Assembly (NCBI GenBank): GCA_964572455.1 | Contig: CAZNFL010000007.1 | Coordinates: 1,672 to 65,671, forward strand | Source of the DNA: an uncultured Anaerolineaceae bacterium | Lineage (GTDB): Bacteria; Chloroflexota; Anaerolineae; Anaerolineales; UBA11579 | Direction of reading: 5' to 3' | DNA length: 64,000 bases | Shown here: piece after piece, positions 9,500-18,578 of the stretch | Layout of the letters: each line of letters opens with the position of its first letter | Position numbering within the stretch: position 1 is the stretch's first letter | Notes under the pieces: generated by a model | Told to the model about the DNA's origin: nothing | The model's input: only the letters and a program-made list of their open reading frames with translations | Databases searched by the model: none | Made by a program: the position numbers and the translations under genes

Positions 9500-9540
9500 C
9501 TTTAAATAAATATGCGGGTGCCTCGGTGAAGTACCCGCAT
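9500..9540 (-). terminator. Possible intrinsic terminator after the gatB-MOSC unit (or gdhA leader structure)
   Basis: Minus strand: stem ATGCGGGT/ACCCGCAT (9533-9540 and 9512-9519, 13-nt loop) followed by ATATTTATTTAAA. It lies only about 40 nt upstream of the gdhA start, so its role is ambiguous. Confidence 0.35.
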
Positions 9541-9676
9541 TATGTTCGTTGAGGTTTGATTGTTCCGGCGGTTCACGGCCATTGTGACCCGAAGAATCTT
9601 AACGTTAACCGATACTGCTGGGCGAGTCAAGGAATGGCGTTTGGCACGAGTCATCGTCCCCAAATGGCACCTGAGA

Positions 9677-10234
9677 TCAGGTATGAATGTCTTCGGCGAG
9701 GCGGATGGTTACGGATTCGCCCTTGCGAATGACACCGGGTTTCTCCACCCAGGCCACCAGGCCGCGCTTGCCGATCGCCTTCTTGGGGAAGGCGGTGGTG
9801 ATATCGGGCCTGTCTGGGAATTGGTTTTGCAGGCTGCCGCCGGCGGTGACGCAGGGCATGTTCTCGCCCTCGATCACAATGCCGACCCCATTCTCAAAAA
9901 ACAGGCGGCTGCCCGAGGGCAGTTGGGTGAGGCCGGGGACGCCGGAAATCATCATGTTGGCGCCCACCCAGCTTGGATCGATGGCGGGCAGCTGCATGTT
10001 CTCGGCCACCGCGCTCAATTCTTCGACTGAGACAATCGAAATCTGGCGCACGTTGCGCACTTGGCTGCCTTTTGGATACGGTTTTTGGCTGCTGCCGGCC
10101 TTCATGGTGAGGCCATAATGCTTATCGCCCACCAGGCCTTCCCAATTCACCTCCACCTCGTCCACCGGGTTACCCGGCATGTATTGAGGGGTGATCACCA
10201 AGGCCTCGACCTTGCCCTTCATGTCAGCTGCCAT
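9677..10234 (-). CDS. MOSC domain protein (YiiM-like)
   Basis: GLVGDKH, RQISIVSVEEL and a conserved Cys in ENMPCVTAG fit the MOSC beta-barrel family. It starts directly after the gatB stop (TGAATG). Confidence 0.75.
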   Translation of the reverse strand: MAADMKGKVEALVITPQYMPGNPVDEVEVNWEGLVGDKHYGLTMKAGSSQKPYPKGSQVRNVRQISIVSVEELSAVAENMQLPAIDPSWVGANMMISGVPGLTQLPSGSRLFFENGVGIVIEGENMPCVTAGGSLQNQFPDRPDITTAFPKKAIGKRGLVAWVEKPGVIRKGESVTIRLAEDIHT

Positions 10235-11719
10235 TCAGCTACTCTCCTTTTTAAGTTTGCGCTGGGCTATGGCTAGTTGCTTTTCCAGCTCGCCGCGCAA
10301 TTTATCGGGGTTGGCTTTGCCACCTGAAACTTTGACTACCTGCCCGAACAACCAATTGAGCACGGGGGCATTGCCACCAAAATAATCGGTTACTTGCTGG
10401 GGATGCTGCTCCAGCACTTTCCGCACCCAGGCGCCCAGTTGCTTGGCATCCGAGACCTGCTTCAGGCTGCGCGCATTGATGATTTTATCCGGCTTGCCGC
10501 CCTTAGCAAACAGTTCCGCCAAGACTACTCTGGCACCGGCCGGGTTGAGTTCGCCCTCAGCCAGCAGGTCGAGCAGCTTGGCTAATTCATCCGGGCCAAA
10601 TAGCAGGTCACCGGTTTCAGCGCCGGCCTCGTTCATCAGGCTGAACAGCGGCCCGCTGACCCAATTGGCTACCGCTTTTGGCTCGGCCTTTTTGGCCGCC
10701 AGCACGGCGGCCTCATAGAACTCGGCCATCTCGCGTTCGGCGGCCAGCACGCCGGCGTCATAGGCGCTCAGTGTATAGTCGCGCATAAAGTGCGCTTGCT
10801 TGGCGTGCGGCAGTTCCGGCAGGCCGGCGTGGATCTCATCCACCCAGCTTTGCTCCACCACGAGTGGCGGTAAGTCAGGCTCGGGGAAGTAGCGATAATC
10901 TTCGGCGACTTCTTTGGAGCGCTGCGCCAGGGTGACGCCGCGCACATCGTCCCAGCCCAGGGTCTGCTGCTGCACAGCTTTGCCCTGATCAGCCAGGGCA
11001 GCCTGGCGCTTCAGCTCGTAGCTGGTGGCGCGCTCCAATGAACGGAAGCTATTGAGGTTTTTGACCTCTACCCGCGTGCCGAATTCGCCGCTTCCAACTG
11101 GGCGAATGGAAATATTGGGTTCGATGCGCAGCAAACCCTTCTCCAAATTGCCGGAGTTCACCCCCACGTAGCGCAGGATGCTGCGCAGGGCATAGGCGCA
11201 ATTACGCACGGCTTCCACGGAATGCAACTCGGGTTCGGTGACGATCTCCAGCAGCGGCACGCCGGAGCGGTTGAGGTCTACCAACGAGTAGCGTTGGGCG
11301 CCTTTTTCGACGTGGGTCAGCTTGCCAGTATCTTCTTCGATATGCACACGGCGGATGCCGACGCGCACTTCGCCCTCCGCGGCGGCCACCAGCAGCCAGC
11401 CATCCGTGGCTAGCGGCTGCTCGTATTGCGAGATCTGGTAACCCTTAGGCAGGTCCGGGTAAAAATAACTTTTGCGGGCGAAGATGCTGGTGGTGTGCAC
11501 CTGGCAATTCAGCGCCAGGGCCACGCGCAGGGCATATTCCACCGCAGCGCGATTGATGACCGGCAGCATGCCGGGCATGCCGGCGCACACCGGGCACACG
11601 GCCACGTTAGGCTCCTGGTGGGTGGAATCCACAACCGGGCAATCGCAAAACATCTTGGAGCGCGTCTCCAGGACAGCATGCACTTCGAGCCCGATGACGG
11701 GTTGGTATTGTTGGCTCAT
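10235..11719 (-). CDS. gatB: Asp/Glu-tRNA amidotransferase subunit B
   Basis: YQPVIGLEVHAVL, CPVCAGMPGMLPV, IEEDTGKL, and a C-terminal GatB/YqeY helical domain. Confidence 0.95.
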   Translation of the reverse strand: MSQQYQPVIGLEVHAVLETRSKMFCDCPVVDSTHQEPNVAVCPVCAGMPGMLPVINRAAVEYALRVALALNCQVHTTSIFARKSYFYPDLPKGYQISQYEQPLATDGWLLVAAAEGEVRVGIRRVHIEEDTGKLTHVEKGAQRYSLVDLNRSGVPLLEIVTEPELHSVEAVRNCAYALRSILRYVGVNSGNLEKGLLRIEPNISIRPVGSGEFGTRVEVKNLNSFRSLERATSYELKRQAALADQGKAVQQQTLGWDDVRGVTLAQRSKEVAEDYRYFPEPDLPPLVVEQSWVDEIHAGLPELPHAKQAHFMRDYTLSAYDAGVLAAEREMAEFYEAAVLAAKKAEPKAVANWVSGPLFSLMNEAGAETGDLLFGPDELAKLLDLLAEGELNPAGARVVLAELFAKGGKPDKIINARSLKQVSDAKQLGAWVRKVLEQHPQQVTDYFGGNAPVLNWLFGQVVKVSGGKANPDKLRGELEKQLAIAQRKLKKESS

Positions 11720-11781
11720 GGCTGCAGATCTGGGATTATAACCAAGGCTAAAAGCTTAACGTTTAAGGTCGACTGTTGAAG

Positions 11782-11816
11782 ATAATAAAAAGCCGCCCGA
11801 AATTTGGGCGGCTTTC
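11782..11816 (-). terminator. Intrinsic terminator downstream of the protease gene
   Basis: Minus strand: AAGCCGCCC-aaatttc-GGGCGGCTT followed by TTTTATTATCTT. Confidence 0.65.
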
Positions 11817-11841
11817 AGTATTGGTGTTTTGGCAGGGAGGG

Positions 11842-13878
11842 CTAGTATTCGATCACTTCGAAATTATCGAAGGAGACCACCAGCCCGCCGTTCTCCCAGG
11901 TGCCCGCGATGAGGCCCACGTAGCCAGTGGCGAAATCCGTGTCAGTGGCCGTGGCCAGCAACTCGCCGTTGATCCCGACCGAAAGCTGTGACCCATCGCA
12001 AGAGGCGTTGATCACGAAAGGCGAGCTATCGACGGGAACCAGATCGGACAAAGCCCAGTCAACCAAATAAACCGCTTCGCCATTTACCTCTTTCCAGATG
12101 GAGTAGTACCCGTCTTCCGAGACCTCCAGGGCGTAGAAATTATCTGCATCCACATAGCGGCACAAGACGCCGATGTCCCCGTCATGGGCGGGTTGTTCGA
12201 TGTTCACGTCCACATTGACCACGATATTGGTGTAGGTAGTCTCAAGGAGAGGGCTGGTCAGTGAAAACTGGTTCGGGTTGACCTGTAAAAAGTAGCGGCC
12301 ACCTTCATAGTATGTAGCCCAATCCGGGTCTGATTCCTCGACCCAGCCGCTGGAGGGGTCGGAGAAGTCATCGAGGAATACGGTTTCTCCGCTAACCAGG
12401 TCACTGCCAAGCGCCACCGCCTCGAAGTTATCGAAGGCGGCCAAGAAATAGTTGTCCGCGGTGTACACGGCCAAGCCCAGATCGCCGGAAACAAAGCTGT
12501 CATCCAAAACTTCGGCGACCAGTGAGCCGTCCACGCTGAGTGACAGGTGGGTGCCGTCGCACACTACTGTGACGCGGTGGACGCCAGACCCCAGCGGCGC
12601 GCTGCCGGCCTGCTTCTCGACCAGGGTGATGTAATCCCCAGCCAGCCATTTCGAAATGCCGACGGTGCCATCCTCAAACAGACGGAACTCGTAGTTATTG
12701 CTCTCGTCCACGTAGCGGCAGATGAAATCGATCTCGTTGACGCCATCACTCTGCTCCACGCGCACGTCAATGCCCATTTGGACATTATCGAGGTTCCGGT
12801 TGGAGAGCGCCTGGTAATACGGGGAGCCGTTGATATCTTCCAGGTAGTACTCGCCAATCAAATAGTAAGCCGAGCCCGATTCGAAAGAGTACACATCCCA
12901 GCCGCTGGCTTCGTCAGAGAAATCATCGGTGATCGCCCCGCTGACCACGGGTTCGACGGCTGCCACCGGCTCTTCGGCGCCGATGATGCTCACCTCACCG
13001 CGCTGGGCAGCTTCGATGAGCGGCACGGCCAGGGCCACAGGCCGCAGGGCGTTGATGAAGCCGCCCGTGGGCACGCAGTTATCCGAGTCGTTCACCAGGC
13101 CATCTCGATTGGTATCCACCAGCACGCGGCAATCCACATACTGGTCCGTCCCGCCGTAACCCAGCTGGGTGGGCACGCCCACCAGGTTGCCGCTGGCATC
13201 CACCGCCATTCCGCCGCTATTGCCGCCGGCAATGGTGGCGGAGGTCTTAATAAAAGCGCGGATGCCATAATCGGGCTGGCTGGTGAAACCGCTCACTTCG
13301 CCGCTGGTCAGCGTGACTGTGGAGCCGCCGATGCCGGGGTAGCCCAGGATGGTCAGCCGGTCGCCCAGGTTGAGATCATCCGAATTGCCCATCGTGACAT
13401 AGGGTAAGACCAAAGTTGATGGCACTTCGTTGCCGTCGTAGTCATGGGTGATGCGGATCACCGCCAGGTCCAGCGTCGCGTCTGCCTGCAAGACCTCGGC
13501 GAAGTAAGAGGGCACGGGGTCCGCATCCTGATCGACCGTCATAGCTATGATCAATTCGTCCACCGGGAAATACCGGTCAGGCAGCACCACATGGGCGTTG
13601 GTGAGGATGAGGCCATTAGGGCTGATGATGGTGCCAGAGCCGGTCCAGCCGATCTGCAACTCACCAACTTCGTCATAGAAGGCAGCCCAGATCTGCACCA
13701 CGGCCTCGAAGGGAACGGCCGGATTGGTGAAGGGGCTCTGGGTGGGAGTGCTGGTGGCCGCTGGCGGAACGGTGGCCGCCAAGGTGGGTTGGACTTGGGC
13801 GCCGCCGCAGGCGGCCAGCAGCGCAGACAAGGCAACTAAGGTCACGATCAAAACGCGAGAGTTTGATTTAGGTTTCAT
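11842..13878 (-). CDS. Secreted lipoprotein: trypsin-like serine protease followed by two tandem jelly-roll-like domains
   Basis: Lipobox LSALLAACGG. His in LTNAHVV and Ser in GGNSGGMAV. Then two roughly 170-aa repeats, each beginning DDFSD..SGW and ending FDNFE. Confidence 0.8.
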   Translation of the reverse strand: MKPKSNSRVLIVTLVALSALLAACGGAQVQPTLAATVPPAATSTPTQSPFTNPAVPFEAVVQIWAAFYDEVGELQIGWTGSGTIISPNGLILTNAHVVLPDRYFPVDELIIAMTVDQDADPVPSYFAEVLQADATLDLAVIRITHDYDGNEVPSTLVLPYVTMGNSDDLNLGDRLTILGYPGIGGSTVTLTSGEVSGFTSQPDYGIRAFIKTSATIAGGNSGGMAVDASGNLVGVPTQLGYGGTDQYVDCRVLVDTNRDGLVNDSDNCVPTGGFINALRPVALAVPLIEAAQRGEVSIIGAEEPVAAVEPVVSGAITDDFSDEASGWDVYSFESGSAYYLIGEYYLEDINGSPYYQALSNRNLDNVQMGIDVRVEQSDGVNEIDFICRYVDESNNYEFRLFEDGTVGISKWLAGDYITLVEKQAGSAPLGSGVHRVTVVCDGTHLSLSVDGSLVAEVLDDSFVSGDLGLAVYTADNYFLAAFDNFEAVALGSDLVSGETVFLDDFSDPSSGWVEESDPDWATYYEGGRYFLQVNPNQFSLTSPLLETTYTNIVVNVDVNIEQPAHDGDIGVLCRYVDADNFYALEVSEDGYYSIWKEVNGEAVYLVDWALSDLVPVDSSPFVINASCDGSQLSVGINGELLATATDTDFATGYVGLIAGTWENGGLVVSFDNFEVIEY

Positions 13879-13965
13879 CGTTTTCCTGTGGATATAGCTG
13901 GAATAGAGAACATTGAGCGATTCTTTCGAAGATTATAGTACCAAGAAGCTTGACCGTTCATACCG

Positions 13966-14985
13966 TTAGCCTGATTTCTCATTTACTTGTGAATCGTCCC
14001 CAATATTCACTGTGCCGTGCACGCCGCGTACCTGGCTACGTTCGCCCAGCATCGAGTTCTGCAGGGTGCTGTCTTCCACCAGGGCGCCGGGTTCCAGGAT
14101 GGCGTCTTCGATGGTGCTGTTGCGCACCACGCAATCGCGGCCAACGGACACATAGGGCCCCACGGTGGAGGCCTCCACGGTGGCGCTGGGGTGGATATAC
14201 ACCGGCGGCTTGATGGTCACGCCGCTGCGCTGGCCGGCTTCGGCGGAGTTGTCGCGGCCTTTGTCCAGCAGGCGGCGGTTGGTTTCGAGCACCGATTCCG
14301 GCAGACCGGCATCCAGCCACTCATCCACCACTTTGATGCGCATCTTGAAGCCTTTTTTGAGCATGAGGTCGATGGCATCCGCCAGGAAGTATTCGTTCTT
14401 GGTGCGCGCCCTTGTTTGCATCTGCTCGTCGATGGCGGCCATCAGGTCTTCGCCGCGCTTGAAATAATAAATGCCCACAACGGCCAGGTTGTTGCTCATG
14501 TCGCTGGGCTTCTCGATCAGTCCGGTTACCCAGCCATCGGCGTCCACCGCAGCTACGCCAAAGCGGCGCGGGTCCTCCACGGGTTTCACCCAGGCCACCG
14601 CGTCGGCCTCCTCTTTATCCAGGCCGGAGAAATCGGTTTCGACCACGGTATCCACAAAGATCACGATGGTGGGGCCATGCAAAAACTGGCGCGCCTGCGC
14701 CAGGGCGTGGGATTGGCCCAGCAATTCTTTCTGCTCCACGAAGTGGGTTTTGATATTGGGATGCTCCGTCCGCATATAGCGCTGCACCTGGTCACCCAGG
14801 TAGCCGACGATGAAGACGAACTCGGCTTGCTCGGCGCCGGGCGCGGTGCGCAGCAACTTGAGCACGTGGCCCAGCACCGTGTCGCCTGCCGCGCTGAGCA
14901 GGGGCTTGGGCCGGCTCCAGGTGTGCGGGCGCAACCGGGTCCCGAAGCCCGCCATGGGGATGATAATCTTGAGCGGCTCTGCCAT
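13966..14985 (-). CDS. Sugar-phosphate nucleotidyltransferase with C-terminal hexapeptide (LbH) region
   Basis: PMAGFGTRLRPHTWSRPKPLL N-terminal signature. The C-terminus has isoleucine-patch-like repeats. Its start overlaps the upstream stop in ATGA. Confidence 0.8.
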   Translation of the reverse strand: MAEPLKIIIPMAGFGTRLRPHTWSRPKPLLSAAGDTVLGHVLKLLRTAPGAEQAEFVFIVGYLGDQVQRYMRTEHPNIKTHFVEQKELLGQSHALAQARQFLHGPTIVIFVDTVVETDFSGLDKEEADAVAWVKPVEDPRRFGVAAVDADGWVTGLIEKPSDMSNNLAVVGIYYFKRGEDLMAAIDEQMQTRARTKNEYFLADAIDLMLKKGFKMRIKVVDEWLDAGLPESVLETNRRLLDKGRDNSAEAGQRSGVTIKPPVYIHPSATVEASTVGPYVSVGRDCVVRNSTIEDAILEPGALVEDSTLQNSMLGERSQVRGVHGTVNIGDDSQVNEKSG

Positions 14986-15590
14986 CAGTTCTCCAGTTTA
15001 GTGCATACCAGCAAGCCCAGGCCCACCGGCAGCACCACTGCGTCTACCGCTTTATCCTTGCGCGCTTTGTCGACGAAGTCTTGCAGCTCGTCTTTGTGGC
15101 TGATGACGTTGTCGGCCACCAGCATGCCGCCGGGCAGCAAGCGCGGCACAAGCAACTCATAGAATTCGGCATACATTTCTTTTTCTGCATCCAGAAAACA
15201 GAAGGCGATCTCTTCGTACTCCTTAATTTTAGAACGGGCATCGCCGTGCGCAAGATCGACCAGTTCTTCTATCTTGGCTTTGGCAAACGTTTCGCGGGCC
15301 AGCTCGGCTTTCTCCGGCAGCAGTTCAAAGGTGTGCAGTTTGCCGCCCCGTTGCTGGCAAGCCTGGGCCAGCCACAGCGACGAATAGCCACCGCTGGTGC
15401 CGATCTCCACCACCAGGCCGGGCGGCGCGCCGGCCGCCAGCAAGGCCAGCAGCATGCCGGTTTGCGGCGGGACCTGGCGCAACCGTTTCAGCGGAGGCGT
15501 GCCGTCTTTGCGCTCGCGGGCATCGCGCTGCTCCAGATAAGCCATGCGCTCGAGGACCGGCTTGGAAAATTCTTCGAAAATCGGCCTCAT
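14985..15590 (-). CDS. Class I SAM-dependent O-methyltransferase (family 3-like)
   Basis: VVEIGTSGGYSSLWLA (SAM motif I), FLDAEKEMY, GGMLVADNV. Start set at ATG 15590, which overlaps the gatA stop as ATGA. The track start 15632 would overlap gatA by 46 nt. Confidence 0.75.
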   Translation of the reverse strand: MRPIFEEFSKPVLERMAYLEQRDARERKDGTPPLKRLRQVPPQTGMLLALLAAGAPPGLVVEIGTSGGYSSLWLAQACQQRGGKLHTFELLPEKAELARETFAKAKIEELVDLAHGDARSKIKEYEEIAFCFLDAEKEMYAEFYELLVPRLLPGGMLVADNVISHKDELQDFVDKARKDKAVDAVVLPVGLGLLVCTKLEN

Positions 15591-17077
15591 CGCCGGGCGT
15601 CCATGGCCGCCATAGGCGTAACCGTGTGCCAATCGGTAATTTGTTGGTAAGCGTGAGCTACTTGCAGCAAGTGCTCTTCGGAAAAATGCGGGCCGATCAG
15701 TTGCAGGCTGAGCGGCAATTCCTGGCTGTCGAAGCCGGCCGGCAGCGCCAGGCCGGGCACCCCGGCCAAATTGGCCGGCAGGGTGAACACGTCTTCCAGG
15801 TACATGTCAAGCGGGTTGCCGCTGTGCGCCCCAATGCGGAATGCGCTGTTGGGCGTGGTAGGCGCGGCGATCAGGTCCACCTGCTCAAAGGCCTGCTCGA
15901 AATCGCGGCGGATCAGTGTGCGCACCTTTTGCGCCTGGCCATAGTAGGCATCGTAATAGCCGGCCGAGAGGGCATAGGTGCCGATCATGACGCGCCGCTT
16001 CACTTCGGGGCCAAAACCCCGGCCGCGCGTGCGGGTGAACATATCGAATAATTTGTCTTCAGGCACGCGCAGGCCGTAGCGCACGCCGTCGAAGCGCGCC
16101 AGGTTGGCGGAGGCTTCGGCGGGGGCGATGATGTAATACACCGGTAACGCATACTCGGTGTGTGGCAGGCTGATCTGGCTGACCACCGCACCCAAATCTT
16201 CCAACTGGGCGATGGCAGCGCGCACAGCTTGCTCCACCTCGGGCTGCAGGCCTTCGATAAAATATTCCTTGGGCACACCGATCTTCAATCCTTTTAGCTC
16301 GAACTTGCCGTTGAGCTTGATCTTTGGAGCGGCGTTTTGCAGCGTGGTGGCGTCGCGCGGGTCAAATCCGGCCATTACGCCCAGGATTGTCGCTGCGTCC
16401 TGGGCGGTTCGGGCCAGCACGCCCACGGTATCCAACGAGGAGCCGAAGGCGATCAGCCCATAACGCGAGACGCGCCCATAAGTGGCCTTGAGGCCGGTGA
16501 GCCCGCACAGCGCGGCGGGTTGGCGCACCGAGCCGCCGGTGTCGGTGCCCAGCGCTACCGGCGCCAAGCCGGCGGCCACCGCCGCGGCGCTGCCGCCGCT
16601 GGATCCGCCTGGCACGCGCTCCTCATCCCACGGGTTGCGCACCACGCCGTAGGCGGAATTTTCGGTGGAGGAGCCCATGGCGAATTCGTCGGTATTGGTC
16701 TTGCCGAGGACGACCACGCCGGCGTCCAATAAACGTTGCACGGCAGTAGCGTTGTAGGTGGGCACGAATCCTTCGAGGATGCGCGAGCCAGCGGTGGCCG
16801 GCATACCAGCCACGGTGAGCACGTCCTTAACCGCGATGGGCAGGCCGAGCAGCTGGGGGAGTTTGCTTTTAGTCTTGCGGGCTTTGGCCAGCTCTTTGTC
16901 CGCTTTGGCCGCGGCTTTCAAGGCGGACTCGCCGGCCACATACAGATAGGCGTTCAGACGCGGGTTATGTTCTTCGATGCGTTTGAGATAGGCCGCGGTC
17001 AGTTCGCGGCTGGAGAAATCTGCGGCGCGCAGGCCTTTCAGGGCTTGCGCGACTGTCAGCGTGTGCAGGTCGCTCAC
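15587..17077 (-). CDS. gatA: Glu-tRNA(Gln) amidotransferase subunit A
   Basis: Amidase signature GGSSGGSAAAVAAG with upstream KDV..TAG; 496 aa. Confidence 0.95.
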   Translation of the reverse strand: MSDLHTLTVAQALKGLRAADFSSRELTAAYLKRIEEHNPRLNAYLYVAGESALKAAAKADKELAKARKTKSKLPQLLGLPIAVKDVLTVAGMPATAGSRILEGFVPTYNATAVQRLLDAGVVVLGKTNTDEFAMGSSTENSAYGVVRNPWDEERVPGGSSGGSAAAVAAGLAPVALGTDTGGSVRQPAALCGLTGLKATYGRVSRYGLIAFGSSLDTVGVLARTAQDAATILGVMAGFDPRDATTLQNAAPKIKLNGKFELKGLKIGVPKEYFIEGLQPEVEQAVRAAIAQLEDLGAVVSQISLPHTEYALPVYYIIAPAEASANLARFDGVRYGLRVPEDKLFDMFTRTRGRGFGPEVKRRVMIGTYALSAGYYDAYYGQAQKVRTLIRRDFEQAFEQVDLIAAPTTPNSAFRIGAHSGNPLDMYLEDVFTLPANLAGVPGLALPAGFDSQELPLSLQLIGPHFSEEHLLQVAHAYQQITDWHTVTPMAAMDARR

Positions 17078-17370
17078 GGCGGCCCGCCCAACACCGGCGG
17101 TACGCGGAACTGGTCGTCGGCCACGTCCGGCGCGTCGCTCAGCAGGTCCTCGCGCGGCATGGCCGGGCCAGGCTCGTCCTCGCGCAAGCGGGCTTGCTCC
17201 ACCACAACGCTGCTCATAGGTTGCACGGCGCTGGTATCCAATTCCTGCAACTTGCTGATGTGGTCGAGAATATTGGAAAGCTGCTCCCGATAACGCTCTT
17301 TTTCCTCCTCGGTCAGGTGAAGGCGCGCCAGGTTGGCGATGTGTTCGACGTCTGCGCGGCTCAGCGGCAT
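17074..17370 (-). CDS. gatC: Asp/Glu-tRNA amidotransferase subunit C
   Basis: 98 aa; VEHIANLARLHLTEEE...D is typical of GatC. It overlaps the gatA start by 4 nt. Confidence 0.9.
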   Translation of the reverse strand: MPLSRADVEHIANLARLHLTEEEKERYREQLSNILDHISKLQELDTSAVQPMSSVVVEQARLREDEPGPAMPREDLLSDAPDVADDQFRVPPVLGGPP

Positions 17371-17376
17371 GGCGGA

Positions 17377-17382
17377 ATTATA
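17377..17382 (-). promoter_or_regulatory. TATAAT -10 box 6 nt upstream of the gatC ATG (leaderless-type arrangement)
   Basis: Minus strand reads TATAAT-TCCGCC-ATG. No Shine-Dalgarno can fit in between. Confidence 0.45.
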
Positions 17383-17399
17383 ACGGCGGGACCCCTCTC

Positions 17400-17553
17400 G
17401 TCATTGCGAGGAGTGGCTTGCGAAGCAAGCCCAGAGCCTGCCCTGAGCTAGCCAAGCAAAGCCTTGGCTTAGCGAATGGGCGGCAATCTCCACCACGAGC
17501 CAGGAGAGACTTCGCGGAGTTTACGCTGAGCAGAGCGAAGTGCTCGCAGTGAC
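17400..17553. repeat. Short inverted-repeat element, variant A (GTCATTGCGAGGAGTG ... GGCAATCTCC ... GGAGAGACTTCGC ... CTCGCAGTGAC)
   Basis: Termini GTCATTGCGAG / CTCGCAGTGAC are reverse complements with 1 mismatch. The internal blocks are shared with 29143-29228. Confidence 0.6.
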
Positions 17554-17558
17554 GAACT

Positions 17559-18440
17559 TTACCACTCCGCCGCATACCAGCGCAGATACAACTCCACGTG
17601 GCTGCTCCAATACTCCTCGCTGTGGTTCCCGCTGAACAGGTGCCAGTCGTGCGGGAGGTCGCGTTCGTCGAGCAGGCTCTCGAACCAAAATGCGGAGTCC
17701 ATAATATTCTTGGTGTCGCGGTCCCCGATATCCAGCCAGATGCGCGGCATCAACTCCTCGGGGATCGTGTCTAGCCAACCGGCTACCTTGTTGGCCTCTT
17801 CGATGAAAACCGGCGGACTATGCCCGCCAAGCGCCCCAAAAAGGTCGGGCTCGGTCAGTGCGAAATGGATAGCCCACGATGCGCCGCGCGAAATGCCGCC
17901 GACGGCGCGATGTTCACGGTCAGCCAGCGTGCGGTATTCGGCGTCAATCCAGGGGATCAGCTCTTGCAGGAATGCGTCATCGAAGAACCCAACGGTGGGC
18001 CGCAGCGAATTGTGGTCGTGCGGCATCACGATAATGAATGGTGCTACCTCGCCTAACACGATCAGCCTATCCGCTGCCTCATCGGCTCCTATTCGGTCCC
18101 ATTGTTCATTATTGAATGACTGCCCGTGGATGAGGTACAGCACCGGATAGCGCTCATCGGCGCGTTCTTGGTAACAAGGCGGTGTGTATACGCGGAAGGT
18201 CAATCCGTCGTCGAAAATTTCGGAAACCAGCGTGTGCTGCTCGATCCTGCCCCCAGCAGCCAGGCAGGTCTCTTTGTCGAGCGCGCCTAATGGCGTCTCC
18301 TTGGTCAGCGCCGCGGAAAGGGTTGCCGTACTTCGCGCTTCTTCCGTTGGAGAAGGCGAGGTCGCCTGCACAACGGGCGCGGGCAAACACGCGGCCAGGA
18401 ATATTAATAATATTGGAAAAACGGAAACGCAATTCTTCAT
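17559..18440 (-). CDS. Secreted alpha/beta-hydrolase, putative esterase family
   Basis: Lipobox FLAACLP, YPVLYLIHGQS, nucleophile elbow GGISRGASWA. Confidence 0.7.
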   Translation of the reverse strand: MKNCVSVFPILLIFLAACLPAPVVQATSPSPTEEARSTATLSAALTKETPLGALDKETCLAAGGRIEQHTLVSEIFDDGLTFRVYTPPCYQERADERYPVLYLIHGQSFNNEQWDRIGADEAADRLIVLGEVAPFIIVMPHDHNSLRPTVGFFDDAFLQELIPWIDAEYRTLADREHRAVGGISRGASWAIHFALTEPDLFGALGGHSPPVFIEEANKVAGWLDTIPEELMPRIWLDIGDRDTKNIMDSAFWFESLLDERDLPHDWHLFSGNHSEEYWSSHVELYLRWYAAEW

Positions 18441-18507
18441 GGGTGCGCGCTGAAAAGCAAATCGCCTGCGGAGCAGAACTTGGTTACTCGGAAGAGAACA
18501 TTATAAG

Positions 18508-18569
18508 GATTCTTCGGCTCGCCGACCCGTTCGACTTCGCTCAGGGCATGGCCCGCCTCAGAATGAGAC
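18508..18569. repeat. Partial inverted-repeat element, variant B-like (GGATTCTTCGGCTCGCC ... CCTCAGAATGAGAC)
   Basis: Shares the ATTCTTCGGCTCGCC block with 45317-45384 and the CTCAGAATGA end with variant B. Confidence 0.45.
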
Positions 18570-18578
18570 CGGTGACGT

